A DNA stretch of 32,000 nt from Methylorubrum extorquens (GCA_900234795.1 LT962688.1:3630001-3662000), one strand, 5' to 3'; shown: positions 16,705-28,876, counted from the first letter of the stretch. Notes: generated by a model not told the origin, from the letters alone. Translations and numbers: made by a program.

Positions 16705-17133
16705 ATGATCGAGGCGACGAGACGCAGGAGCCCGGCCCCCTCTGGCAGCGCGATGCGGCGCCTGATGACGCGGCCCATCCACGCGCATCTCGCCGCCGCG
16801 GTGCAGCCGCGGGTGGTCGTTGCCGAGGTTGCGGCCGAAACCGTAACGCAGGCTCCGGCGGACGCCGTGGCGCAGATCGTGGCGGACGCTCCAATAGACG
16901 TCCCTGCCCCCCTGTCCTTCGAGCCCGAAGCGGATGCGGGTGAGGCGGATCTCGCGCGACTGCGCCTCGAAGTGGCGGTGATGAAGGCCGCACTCGCCGC
17001 GGAGCGCCGGGAGAGCGAGGCCCTTCGGACCAGCCTCGGCCTCGCGGACGCGGAAACGCTGAGCGAGGAGGCGCGGGCCGTCCGCGCGCGCTGGGCTGCG
17101 CTGGTCGAGCGCCTGATCCACAATCCGCTCTGA
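16705..17133 (+). CDS. Hypothetical protein, Ala/Glu/Arg-rich with predicted C-terminal coiled coil
   Basis: GAGGA lies 6 nt upstream of the ATG, and G/C is used at third codon positions throughout. The C-terminal part DLARLRLEVAVMKAALAAERRESEALRTSL...RARWAALVERL looks helical or coiled. No family recognised. Confidence 0.5.
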   Translation: MIEATRRRSPAPSGSAMRRLMTRPIHAHLAAAVQPRVVVAEVAAETVTQAPADAVAQIVADAPIDVPAPLSFEPEADAGEADLARLRLEVAVMKAALAAERRESEALRTSLGLADAETLSEEARAVRARWAALVERLIHNPL

Positions 17134-17176
17134 TCCCTTCAAGACACCTCTCATCCGATCGGAGCGGGTTGCCGCC

Positions 17177-18118
17177 ATGCGTGCTCCCACGAGCGCCCGT
17201 TGTTCGCTTGTCGTCAACGGCCAGCCCCTGCGGGTCTCCCCCGGTGATACCTCCCTGGAGACCGCGCTGGCGGACGGGATGATCGGCCCGATGAACGGGC
17301 TGCTCGGCCAGGGCCCCGGCCCGGCCTCACGGCGGCTCCCCGTTCGGGCGCGGCGGGCGGAGGCGGTGACGCTGTCCGCGCCCGATCCGGACGCGACGAT
17401 CCGGCCGGTCAAGACGCCGGTCCGGACGCTGGCGCGCCGCACCGGCAGCATCGACTCCATCACGGCGCTGGCGCCGCGGGTCCTTCAGGTCGTCGCAACC
17501 CTGGAGCGCCGGCTTCCTTTCGAGCCGGGCGATCAAGTCGTCGTCACGCTCGAAGGCGGGCACCCGGTCACGCTCACGCCGACGCTCGGCGTCGAGGGCG
17601 GGGCGGAGTTGAAAGAACTCGTCTTCCACCTGCGCGGCGAGAGCGCGGAGGATCTCACCGCCCTGTTCGGCTGCCCGGTCGAGCCCGGCCGCGCGGTGAA
17701 GGTGAAGGGCCCGGTCGGCAACGGCACCTATCGGCCCGGCGGCGGGCGCCTCGTGCTGGTGGCGGCGGAGACGGGTTTCGCCGGCATCTGGGCGATCGCC
17801 CGCGCCGCGCGCTACATCGAGCCGGCCCGCGAGATCTGCCTCGTGGTCGGCGCGCGCGATCCCCTCGATCTCTACATGCGCCCGTCGCTCGAATGGCTGC
17901 GCGCCACCGGCGTCACCCGCATCACGCTGGCCGCCGACCGCCACCGCCAGCGGGGACCCGACGTGCGCCCCGGCCCGCTCACCGCCCATATCCCGAGCCT
18001 GCGGACCACCGACGTGGTGCACGCCTCCGGCTGCCCCTCGACCCTCGGTGCGGTGGAGGTCCTGGCCGCGGCGGCGGGGGCGCGGTTCTATCCGATCCCG
18101 CTTGAGCCGGGGGCGTAG
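17177..18118 (+). CDS. FNR-like (ferredoxin-NADP reductase fold) protein with N-terminal beta-grasp/2Fe-2S-like segment, cofactor motifs degenerate
   Basis: The N-terminus SLVVNGQPLRVSPGDTSLETALADGM resembles Fer2_4/ThiS-like beta-grasp starts but lacks the Cys ligands. This is followed by FEPGDQVVVTLEGG...LVFHLRG (barrel-like), GRLVLVAAETGFAGIWAI (the position of GGTGIAP) and VVHASGCPSTLGAV (the position of the CGP motif). Assigned by pattern only. Confidence 0.6.
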   Translation: MRAPTSARCSLVVNGQPLRVSPGDTSLETALADGMIGPMNGLLGQGPGPASRRLPVRARRAEAVTLSAPDPDATIRPVKTPVRTLARRTGSIDSITALAPRVLQVVATLERRLPFEPGDQVVVTLEGGHPVTLTPTLGVEGGAELKELVFHLRGESAEDLTALFGCPVEPGRAVKVKGPVGNGTYRPGGGRLVLVAAETGFAGIWAIARAARYIEPAREICLVVGARDPLDLYMRPSLEWLRATGVTRITLAADRHRQRGPDVRPGPLTAHIPSLRTTDVVHASGCPSTLGAVEVLAAAAGARFYPIPLEPGA

Positions 18119-18240
18119 GCTCCCTTCCAATCGGTTCTCCGGTCCGCCTCCCTCCTCCTGAGGGCATGGTTCCGGACGAACCGGCTCGGACAGCGCATTC
18201 ACCGATTGGGCACTGCCTGCCCTTCTCGGTCAAATGAAGT

Positions 18241-18269
18241 GGGGCAGGACGGATCACCCGTCCTGCCCC
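18241..18269. terminator. Strong hairpin between convergent genes (likely bidirectional terminator)
   Basis: Perfect 12-bp stem: ggggcaggacgg (18241..18252) pairs with ccgtcctgcccc (18258..18269), with a 5-nt loop. It is followed by tctttcg on the + strand and lies 27 nt beyond the glgP stop on the other side. Confidence 0.55.
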
Positions 18270-18295
18270 TCTTTCGATCTCAACGGCTGATGGGT

Positions 18296-20830
<2,535 letters not shown>

Positions 20831-21157
20831 CTGGGTATCCCCCTTCGTTACAGCCGAGGATGTCGGTCGGACGCGGAGTGTGGCCGCTTCATGCGGCGGC
20901 ACGATGATCCGCGACGTGGTCTGTCGCCCTGCCCCACCATGGTGTTGCCGGCCGGCGGACTTGTCGAGACACATGCGTGCAAACACATCATTCGCAAGTC
21001 GTGTGCCCGCAGGACTGTGTCACTGTAGACACATCGCGAGCACATCGGTCGGCGCCTCGCACGAGAGATGACACCGGCCGCTTGAAGGCTTGCTGAACGG
21101 CCCTACCCACCCTGGAGCGATGCGCACGGCGTCGATGGCAACATCGAGGGAGGTCCG

Positions 21158-22783
21158 ATGGGCGGTCCGGTATCTGGGGCGAACGGCTCCGAAGCGGCGT
21201 GGTGGAAGAGCGGGACAGTTTATCAGATCTATCCCCGCTCGTTCCAGGACACGGACGGCGATGGCGTCGGCGACCTTCGGGGGATCACGGCACGGCTGGA
21301 CTACCTCGCATGGCTCGGCGTCGATGCGGTGTGGATCTCGCCGTTCTACCGCTCGCCGATGGCCGATTTCGGCTACGACGTGGCCGATTATTGCGCGGTC
21401 GATCCGCTGTTCGGCACGCTGGAGGATTTCGACGCGCTGATCGTCGAGGCGCATCGGCGCAAGCTCCGCGTGATCCTCGATTTCGTTCCCAACCACAGCT
21501 CGATCGCGCATCCGTGGTTCACCGAGAGCCGGGCGAGCCGCGCGTCACGCAAGCGCGACTGGTACATCTGGCGCGATCCGGCCCCTGACGGCGGACCGCC
21601 CAACAACTGGCTCTCGAATTTCGGCGGCCCGGCCTGGACCCGTGATCCGGCCACCGGCCAGTACTACTACCACGCCTTCCTGCCCGAGCAGCCGGACCTG
21701 AACTGGCGCAACCCCGAAGTGCGGGCGGCGATGCACGACGCCCTGCGCTTCTGGCTGGCGCGCGGCGTGGACGGCTTCCGCGTCGATGTGATCTGGCACC
21801 TGATCAAGGACGAGGGATTTCGCGACAACCCGCACAACCCCGATTTTCAGCCGCATCAGGCCGGGATCAACCGCTTCCAGCAGGTCTATTCCTGCGACCG
21901 GCCGGAGGTGCTCGACGTTATCGCCGGGATGCGCGCGGTCCTGCGCGAGTACGGCGAGCGGGTGCTGATCGGCGAGATCTATCTGCCGATCGAGCGGCTG
22001 GTGGCCTATTACGGGCCCGGCCTGACTGGGGCCGACCTGCCGTTCAACTTCCAGCTCATCCAGACGCCGTGGCGCGCCGACGCGGTGGCGGCTCTGGTGA
22101 CGGAATACGAAGCCGCCCTACCCGAGGGTGGCTGGCCGAACTGGGTGCTCGGCAACCACGATCAGCCCCGCATCGCCGCCCGCGTCGGCGAGGCGCAGGC
22201 TCGCGTCGCGGCGATGCTGCTGCTGACGCTGCGCGGCACGCCGACGCTCTATTACGGCGACGAGATCGGCCTCGCCCATGTTCCGGTGCCGCCCGAGCAG
22301 GCACAGGACCCGTGGGGGCGCAACGAGCCCGGCCATGGCCGCGACCCCGAGCGCACGCCGATGCAGTGGGAGGAGGCTCCGCATGCGGGCTTCACCACCG
22401 GTACGCCGTGGCTGCCGCTCAGCGCCGATGCGGAGCGGCGCAACGTCGATGAGATGCGCGACGATTCCCGCTCGATCCTGACCCTCTACCGCCGGCTCCT
22501 GTCCCTGCGCCGTGACCATCCGGCCCTGTCGATCGGCGATTGGCGCGGCCTCCCGCTATCGCCGGATCACGCGGCCGAAGTCTTCGCCTTCGAGCGGGTT
22601 CTGGATGGCGAGGTTTTACGTATCCTGCTCAATTTCGGTAGCTCGGAATGGACGATTCCCTTGGAGGATGAGGGCTGGACGATCCTGCTCTCCACCCTTC
22701 CGGGACGCGCGGGCGACAGGGCCGACGGCAAGGCCCGCCTCGCACCGAACGAAGGCGTCATCCTCAAACCGGTAAGTCGATAG
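21158..22783 (+). CDS. GH13 alpha-glucosidase (oligo-1,6-glucosidase / sucrose-isomerase-like subfamily)
   Basis: Contains WWKSGTVYQIYPRSFQDTDGDGVGDLRGI and the four GH13 regions: DFVPNH, GVDGFRVDVIWH, IGEIY and LGNHDQPR. GAGGGAGG lies upstream of the ATG. Confidence 0.92.
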   Translation: MGGPVSGANGSEAAWWKSGTVYQIYPRSFQDTDGDGVGDLRGITARLDYLAWLGVDAVWISPFYRSPMADFGYDVADYCAVDPLFGTLEDFDALIVEAHRRKLRVILDFVPNHSSIAHPWFTESRASRASRKRDWYIWRDPAPDGGPPNNWLSNFGGPAWTRDPATGQYYYHAFLPEQPDLNWRNPEVRAAMHDALRFWLARGVDGFRVDVIWHLIKDEGFRDNPHNPDFQPHQAGINRFQQVYSCDRPEVLDVIAGMRAVLREYGERVLIGEIYLPIERLVAYYGPGLTGADLPFNFQLIQTPWRADAVAALVTEYEAALPEGGWPNWVLGNHDQPRIAARVGEAQARVAAMLLLTLRGTPTLYYGDEIGLAHVPVPPEQAQDPWGRNEPGHGRDPERTPMQWEEAPHAGFTTGTPWLPLSADAERRNVDEMRDDSRSILTLYRRLLSLRRDHPALSIGDWRGLPLSPDHAAEVFAFERVLDGEVLRILLNFGSSEWTIPLEDEGWTILLSTLPGRAGDRADGKARLAPNEGVILKPVSR

Positions 22784-23042
22784 GACGGGCCGTTGCCGCG
22801 CTGCACCCTGCGCATTCGACCCGGCCCAAACCGGGAATGATGTGCAGACCGCTTTCGCCATTCGCCCAGCGCGGACAACCCATGATGGAAGCGCAGGCGT
22901 CCACTCAAAAATATTGGTCTGAACATGGCCTGAATTGTGCGATGCAACGGAACGGATTGCCTTCCGGAGCATTTCAATGCCGAGCGTAGCAGCGGCGGTT
23001 CCCGCCCTTCACCGGCCGCGCGGGTGGCGTAGGGGCGAGTCG

Positions 23043-24575
23043 ATGGCTTACGTGGATCTCGGTGGGCTCCCGGTCGCCGATCCGCTGCTACCGACCTCCA
23101 CCTTCGAGCCCCAGCCGAGACTCGGCAACGCTCTCCTACCCCGCATTCTCTACGCCACCCCCGAAATGGCGGATTTCGTGAAGACCGGCGGCCTCGGCGA
23201 GGTCGCGGGCGCCCTACCCCGCTCCCTGCGCCGCCACTACGACGTCCGCGTTCTCATTCCCGGCTACGCGCAGGTGCTCGCCGGGCTCGACAACCTGACG
23301 ATGATCGCCCGGTTCGGCAGCTTCGCCAGCGTTCCGGGCTGCGAACTCGGCTTCGGCACCACGCCGGACGGCCTCGGCGTCTACGTGCTGGTCGCCCCCG
23401 ATCTGTACGAGCGCGACGGCACGCCCTACGGCGACGAGCGCGGCGATTTCGGCGACAACGACCTGCGGTTTGCCCGCCTCAGCCGGGCGGCGGCGGAACT
23501 GGCCGGGGGCATCGACCCGTTCTGGTCGGCCGACCTGCTGCACCTCAACGATTGGCAGACCGCGCTGGCCCCAGCCTACCTGTCCTGGCTCGGCATCCGC
23601 CGCCCGAGCGTGCTGACGATCCACAATCTCGCCTACCAGGGCCTGTTCCACCGCGACAATCTCGGCCGGGTCGGCGTACCGGACCATGCCTTCCAGATGG
23701 ATGGCGTGGAGTTCTACGGGCAGCTCTCCTTCCTCAAGGCCGGCATCTATCACGCCTCGCACGTCACCACGGTGAGCGAGACCTATGCCCGCGAGATCAC
23801 CACACCCGAGGGCGGCTGTGGCCTCGACGGCTTGCTCCGCACCCGCGCCGCGCAGGGTCGCCTGACCGGCATTCTCAACGGCATCGACGAGAGCTGGGAT
23901 CCGCGCACGGACCCGCACCTCGCCACCCGCTTCGAGCCCGACGACTGGAAGGGCAAGCGGGCCAATGCCGACGAGGTGCGCAAGCAGTTCGGCATGGCGG
24001 TCTCCCGCGGGCCGCTCTTCGCCATCGTCTCGCGCCTCGTGCACCAGAAGGGCATCGACCTCAGCATCAGCGCCGCCGAGTCGATCGTCGCCGAAGGCGG
24101 CCAGCTCGTGGTGATCGGCCAGGGCGAGGGCCGGTTCGAGGAGGCCCTGCGCGATCTCGCCGGGCGCCATCCCGAGAATGTCGGCGTCCATGTCGGCTTC
24201 CGGGAAACCGAGGCGCGCCGCATCTTCGCCGGCAGCGACTTCCTGCTGATGCCCTCGCGCTTCGAACCCTGCGGACTGGCGCAGATGTATGCGCAGCGCT
24301 TCGGCTCCCTGCCGATCGTGCGCCGCACGGGCGGCCTCAACGATACGGTCGAGGATGGGGTCACCGGCTTCACCTTCGGGGAGGCCTCGCCGAAGGGGCT
24401 GACCTCGGCGATTCGCCGTGCCTTCGAGACCTTCGGCCAGAAGAAGCGCCTCAACACCATGCGGCGCAGCGCCATGTCCCGCTCCTTCGGCTGGGATGGG
24501 GCGGCGCTGAACTACTGCAACCTCTACGCCCGCGCCTTCGGCAACCACACCGCCCGCCGTTGGAAGGCTGCCTGA
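23043..24575 (+). CDS. glgA: Glycogen synthase (ADP-glucose type, GT5) with N-terminal extension
   Basis: Contains ILYATPEMADFVKTGGLGEVAGALP (the KTGGL motif), NDWQTAL, TVSETYAREI and PSRFEPCGLAQMYAQRFGSLPIVRRTGGLNDTV. The start is uncertain: ATGs at 23043, 22977 and 22935 are all in frame. The conserved core begins about 35 residues after 23043. Confidence 0.9.
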   Translation: MAYVDLGGLPVADPLLPTSTFEPQPRLGNALLPRILYATPEMADFVKTGGLGEVAGALPRSLRRHYDVRVLIPGYAQVLAGLDNLTMIARFGSFASVPGCELGFGTTPDGLGVYVLVAPDLYERDGTPYGDERGDFGDNDLRFARLSRAAAELAGGIDPFWSADLLHLNDWQTALAPAYLSWLGIRRPSVLTIHNLAYQGLFHRDNLGRVGVPDHAFQMDGVEFYGQLSFLKAGIYHASHVTTVSETYAREITTPEGGCGLDGLLRTRAAQGRLTGILNGIDESWDPRTDPHLATRFEPDDWKGKRANADEVRKQFGMAVSRGPLFAIVSRLVHQKGIDLSISAAESIVAEGGQLVVIGQGEGRFEEALRDLAGRHPENVGVHVGFRETEARRIFAGSDFLLMPSRFEPCGLAQMYAQRFGSLPIVRRTGGLNDTVEDGVTGFTFGEASPKGLTSAIRRAFETFGQKKRLNTMRRSAMSRSFGWDGAALNYCNLYARAFGNHTARRWKAA

Positions 24576-24872
24576 GACGCGGCGGACACGGTTTTCGCCC
24601 GGATCAAGAGTGCCTCACGAAACTCCCGATCTCTGACCCTTCTCCCTGGCGATGACGGTGCGGCGGGAGTTTTGTTAGGGACACGAGGCGGGCAACCGTG
24701 TCGATAAGCCGACGCGTCGCTCGAGCGACGCCAAGATCCGGCCTCCTGGGGAATCGGTCGGATTTGGTGTCGCCCGACACCCTTGCGGGAACATCGGGTC
24801 CGCAGGGGCGGTTTCTCGCAAAACTCCGTTCGTTTCCATGGCACGGAACGTCGCGATCCGCGTTGAGCGTCC

Positions 24873-25652
24873 ATGGACGCGACTGTGACGCTCACGCGCA
24901 CGAACCCTCTGATCCTCCGGCTTCGCTACGGCGCGGATCTCGACGCCGGAGACCGGGCTCTTTTGGCCGACCTGTCCCGCTCCAGCCGCAGCCTGGAGCC
25001 GCAGCAGGATATCGTGCGGGCCGGCGACCGGGCGGCGGGTGTCCACCTCGTCCTCGAAGGCTACGCCTTCCGCTACAAACTCATCGATGACGGGCAACGC
25101 CAGATCCTCGGCCTGCTCCTGCCGGGCGATTTCTGCGATCTGCAATCGATCGTGCTCGGCCCGTCCGACCACTACATCGCCGCGCTGACTGCCTGCACCG
25201 TCGCTGACATCCCGCAGGACCGGGTCGATGACCTGGTTTTCCGCGATTCGCGTCTCGCCCGGGCGCTGTGGTGGGCGACACTGGTCGATGAGAGCATCCT
25301 GCGGGAATGGCTCGCGAGCATGGGCCAGCGCTCCGCCGACAAGCGCATCGCCCACCTGTTCTGCGAATTGCTGCTGCGGCAGCAGCTCGTCGGGACGGCC
25401 GGGGAGCGCGACTGCCCGTTACCTCTGACCCAGCCGATGCTCGCCGACATCCTCGGGATTACGACGATCCATGTCAGCCGCATCCTGCGCGACCTGCGCC
25501 TTGCCGGGCTGATCCAGTTGAAGGAGCGCCGGCTGCACGTCCCGGACGTCAAGCGCCTGCAGGCGTTCTGCGACTTCGATCCGACCTATCTGCACCTCGT
25601 CAGGATGCCCGATCGCGAGGCCGCCGAGGATCGGACGCGCGCCAGGCCCTGA
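24873..25652 (+). CDS. Crp/Fnr family transcriptional regulator
   Basis: It has a cNMP-binding-like barrel (IVRAGDRAAGVHLVLEGYAFRYKLIDDGQRQILGLLLPGDFCD) and a C-terminal HTH (LPLTQPMLADILGITTIHVSRILRDLRLAGLI). There is no N-terminal Cys cluster, so it is not a classical O2-sensing Fnr. Confidence 0.88.
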   Translation: MDATVTLTRTNPLILRLRYGADLDAGDRALLADLSRSSRSLEPQQDIVRAGDRAAGVHLVLEGYAFRYKLIDDGQRQILGLLLPGDFCDLQSIVLGPSDHYIAALTACTVADIPQDRVDDLVFRDSRLARALWWATLVDESILREWLASMGQRSADKRIAHLFCELLLRQQLVGTAGERDCPLPLTQPMLADILGITTIHVSRILRDLRLAGLIQLKERRLHVPDVKRLQAFCDFDPTYLHLVRMPDREAAEDRTRARP

Positions 25653-25767
25653 CGCGCGCGCAGCCCTGCCCCCCCAGAAGGACGCCTGTACGGCAGGCAG
25701 GATCGTGCCGATTCTCCGTGCCCTGTCCCCGCCTGTCGCTTGGGCAGCGCATGAGAATAAAAACGCC

Positions 25768-26604
25768 ATGACAGCCCCCGATCCCGTGCCGCAGATCGCT
25801 CTCAACGACGGGCGGTCCATCCCCCAGCTCGGCTTCGGCGTCTGGCGTCTGCAAGAGGCGGAGACGCCTGCCCTCGTCGGCACGGCGCTCGGCAGCGGCT
25901 ATCGCTCGATCGACACCGCCGCGGCCTACGGCAACGAGGGCGGCGTCGGGCGCGGCCTGCGGGAGACGATCGTGTCCCGGGCCGAGGTGTTCGTGACGAC
26001 GAAACTCTGGAACGATGCGCAGGGCTACGATGCGACGCGGCACGCCTTCGATGACAGCCTCGCCCGGCTCGGCCTCGACCATGTCGATCTCTACCTGATC
26101 CACTGGCCCTGCCCCGACCGGGGGCTCTATCTCGACAGCTGGCGCGCGCTGATCCGCCTGAGGGAAGAGGGCCGCGCCGCCTCGATCGGCGTCTCGAACT
26201 TCACCGAGGATCAGCTCGAACGGCTCGTGAACGAGACCGGCGTCACCCCCGCCCTCAACCAGATCGAGCTGCATCCGCGGTTCCAGCAGCGCAGCTTGCG
26301 CGCGGCCCATGTCCGACTCGGCATCATCACGGAAGCCTGGAGCCCCCTAGGCCAGGCGCAGGTGCTGGATGAACCCGCCATCACCCGGATCGCCGACCGG
26401 CTCGGGCGCAGCCCGGCCCAGGTGGTGCTGCGCTGGCACATCGAGAACGGCTTCGTCGCGATCCCGAAATCCGCCACGCCCGCCCGGATGCACGAGAATA
26501 TCGACGTGTTCGGCTTCTCGCTCACGCAAGAGGACCACGCGGCCATCGCCGGTCTCGACCGGGCCGACGGACGAATCGGGCCGGACCCGATGACGTTTCA
26601 GTAG
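25768..26604 (+). CDS. Aldo/keto reductase (DkgA-like 2,5-diketo-D-gluconate reductase subfamily)
   Basis: The track start is 25705. I prefer the ATG at 25768 (MTAPDPVPQIALNDGRSIPQLGFGVW), giving 278 aa. The catalytic tetrad context is present: IDTAAAYGNE (D, Y), VTTKLWN (K) and LIHWP (H). NQIELHP and IPKS are also present. Confidence 0.9.
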   Translation: MTAPDPVPQIALNDGRSIPQLGFGVWRLQEAETPALVGTALGSGYRSIDTAAAYGNEGGVGRGLRETIVSRAEVFVTTKLWNDAQGYDATRHAFDDSLARLGLDHVDLYLIHWPCPDRGLYLDSWRALIRLREEGRAASIGVSNFTEDQLERLVNETGVTPALNQIELHPRFQQRSLRAAHVRLGIITEAWSPLGQAQVLDEPAITRIADRLGRSPAQVVLRWHIENGFVAIPKSATPARMHENIDVFGFSLTQEDHAAIAGLDRADGRIGPDPMTFQ

Positions 26605-26635
26605 GTGCCCGGCACGGGCGCCCGGAGAACGACCC

Positions 26636-28789
26636 TTACCCCGCCAGCGGCAGCGGCTTCGTTGCAGCGAGTTGCGTGCCGCCCTTGCGCTCCAGCAAAC
26701 CCGGCGGCGGCACCGGCGCGTCGATGGTGCAGACGACGCCGTCCGGCTCGTAGAGCAGCTCGACCTTGCCCGCGAGTTCACGGGCGAGGCTGCGCTCGAT
26801 CAGGCGCGAGCCGAAGCCGCGGCGGGTCGGAGGCGAGACCGGCGGGCCGCCGCTCTCGGTCCAGCGCAGGGAGAGCGAGAGTTCGGGCCGGCGCTGCACG
26901 GTCCAGGTGATCGTCACCCGCCCGCCCTCCTTGGACAAAGCCCCGTACTTCACGGCATTGGTGCCGAGTTCGTGCAGGGCCATGGCGATGGACAATGCCA
27001 GACGCGGCGCGAGCCGCAGGCGCGGGCCCGATACGACGAAGCGCGATTCCTGCCCGTCCCCCGCCTCCAGCGGGCGGATCGCATCGCCCACCACGGTCTT
27101 GAGCTCGGCGCCTTCCCAGCTCTCGCGGGTCAGCACGTCGTGGGCGCGGGCGAGCGCCAGCAGCCGTGCCTCGAAGGCGGCGCGGGCCGCGAGCGCCTCT
27201 TCGCCGTCGAGCCCCCGCAGGGACTGCATGGCGATCGATTGGACGGTGGCCAGGGTGTTCTTCACCCGGTGGTTCAACTCGTTGATGAGCAGGCGCAGAT
27301 GCTCTTCGGCCCGCTTGGCATCGGTGACATCGACGCTGCACCCGGTGAAGCCGAGGAAGGTGCCATGGTCGTCGAGGCGCGGCACGCCCTCGCAGCGCAG
27401 CCAGCGAATCTCCCCGTTGCGATCGACGACCCGCATCTCGGCCCGGAACGGGTGCCGGTGCTCGAACGCCTCTTGGAACGTCGCCTGGAAAGCCGGCAGG
27501 TCCGGCGGATGCACGATCGACTCCCAGCCGCCGCCGGCCATCTCCGCGGCCGGACGGCCGAACAGGTGGTCGAAATGCATATTGGCGAAGACCACCTCGG
27601 CGGTCTCGTCGGTCATCCAGATCAGCGCCGGGGCCGAATCGGCCATGTGTCGGAAACGCGCCTCGCTCTCGCGCAAGGCCGCGAGGCCGCGTTGGGTCTC
27701 GGCGAGTGCCCGGTCGCGCTCCTCGCTGCGGGTGCGCAGCCGCAGCGAGGCTTCCGAGAGCACGTCGGCGAGGCGGCGGATCTCGTGGATCGGCGAGGCG
27801 ATCCGCGGGATCGCCTGCCCCCGCGCGAGGGCCGGCCCCGTCGCCGCGAGTTGGCGTAGGGGCTTCGAGACCCGCGACCACAGGTGGACGGCGAGCACCG
27901 AGGAGGTGGCGAGCACGAGAAGGCCGAAGCCGCCGAAGGCCCAGATCCAGCGCCGCAGCCGCGCCTCGACCAGTTCGCGCGGGATGCTCGCCCCCACGGT
28001 CCAGCCGTTGAGCCGCGAGCGCGCCTCGACCACGGTGACGGGCTTGAAGTCGCGGTCGCGCCCCTCCCAGACGCCGGGGGTGCCTGTCGCCGTTTGGCGC
28101 AGGGTCGCGAGCCGGGGATTCCCGACCACGCCGGGTATTTCCGGCAGTCGCGCGAGCACGACGCTGTCGCGATCCGAGACCCCCGTGACCCAACCCCGGA
28201 TCTGCTCGCGGGCGAGGATGCCGGCGATGCGGCTCAGGGGCACCGAGAAGCTGAGGATGAAGGCAGGCGTCTCCTCGATCCGCACCGGCACCGCGACGGC
28301 GTAATGCGCTTGATCCGGCATGGCCCCGGCGAGATAGCCGGTGACCATGGAGCGTTGCCCGCTCTCGATGAGTTCGCGGTCGATCGGCAGGGTCGTCACC
28401 GGCAGGGGAGCGCCCGGCTTCAGGGCGGTGTTGACGATCTGCTGGCCGTCCGGCCGGCGCAGAACGAGATCGAGGCCGACCGCCTCGCGCACGAGGCGCG
28501 CCTGATTCTCAAAAATCGCGAACTCGCTGTCTTTGAGCCGCGGCGAGGTGGCGAGCGTCTGCAGCACCGAAACGAGCCCGGCGGTGTCGCGATCAATCGA
28601 GAGCGCGACCCCACGCACGTTCTCCCGTGCATCCTGCTCGAAGCGGGCGCGTTCGGTGGCGGCATAGCGGGTCAACAGGATCGCGGTGAAGATCAGGCCG
28701 GGGCCGATCAGCGCGATCACGAGCATGATCAGGTAGAACTGCGTGGAGAAGCCACGCTGGCCGAGCCGGGAGAGCATGCGTCGGATCAA
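26636..28789 (-). CDS. HWE-family sensor histidine kinase with periplasmic Cache-like domain, HAMP and PAS
   Basis: Two TM segments flank a periplasmic domain of about 250 aa. This is followed by a HAMP-like linker, PAS (FRHMADSAPALIWMTD), the H-box LNHRVKNTLATVQSI, the N-box HELGTNAVKYGA, and the W-x-E motif LRWTESGGP typical of HWE kinases. The start is TTG at 28789 or ATG at 28777. No adjacent response regulator. Confidence 0.9.
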   Translation of the reverse strand: MIRRMLSRLGQRGFSTQFYLIMLVIALIGPGLIFTAILLTRYAATERARFEQDARENVRGVALSIDRDTAGLVSVLQTLATSPRLKDSEFAIFENQARLVREAVGLDLVLRRPDGQQIVNTALKPGAPLPVTTLPIDRELIESGQRSMVTGYLAGAMPDQAHYAVAVPVRIEETPAFILSFSVPLSRIAGILAREQIRGWVTGVSDRDSVVLARLPEIPGVVGNPRLATLRQTATGTPGVWEGRDRDFKPVTVVEARSRLNGWTVGASIPRELVEARLRRWIWAFGGFGLLVLATSSVLAVHLWSRVSKPLRQLAATGPALARGQAIPRIASPIHEIRRLADVLSEASLRLRTRSEERDRALAETQRGLAALRESEARFRHMADSAPALIWMTDETAEVVFANMHFDHLFGRPAAEMAGGGWESIVHPPDLPAFQATFQEAFEHRHPFRAEMRVVDRNGEIRWLRCEGVPRLDDHGTFLGFTGCSVDVTDAKRAEEHLRLLINELNHRVKNTLATVQSIAMQSLRGLDGEEALAARAAFEARLLALARAHDVLTRESWEGAELKTVVGDAIRPLEAGDGQESRFVVSGPRLRLAPRLALSIAMALHELGTNAVKYGALSKEGGRVTITWTVQRRPELSLSLRWTESGGPPVSPPTRRGFGSRLIERSLARELAGKVELLYEPDGVVCTIDAPVPPPGLLERKGGTQLAATKPLPLAG

Positions 28790-28876
28790 GGCGTCCCGCG
28801 GCGTTGCGCTGAAGGGTTTGAGGATGGCGCCCGCGCATCATGCCCCAGCGCGGGTATACGTGCCAACTGCCCCGCC

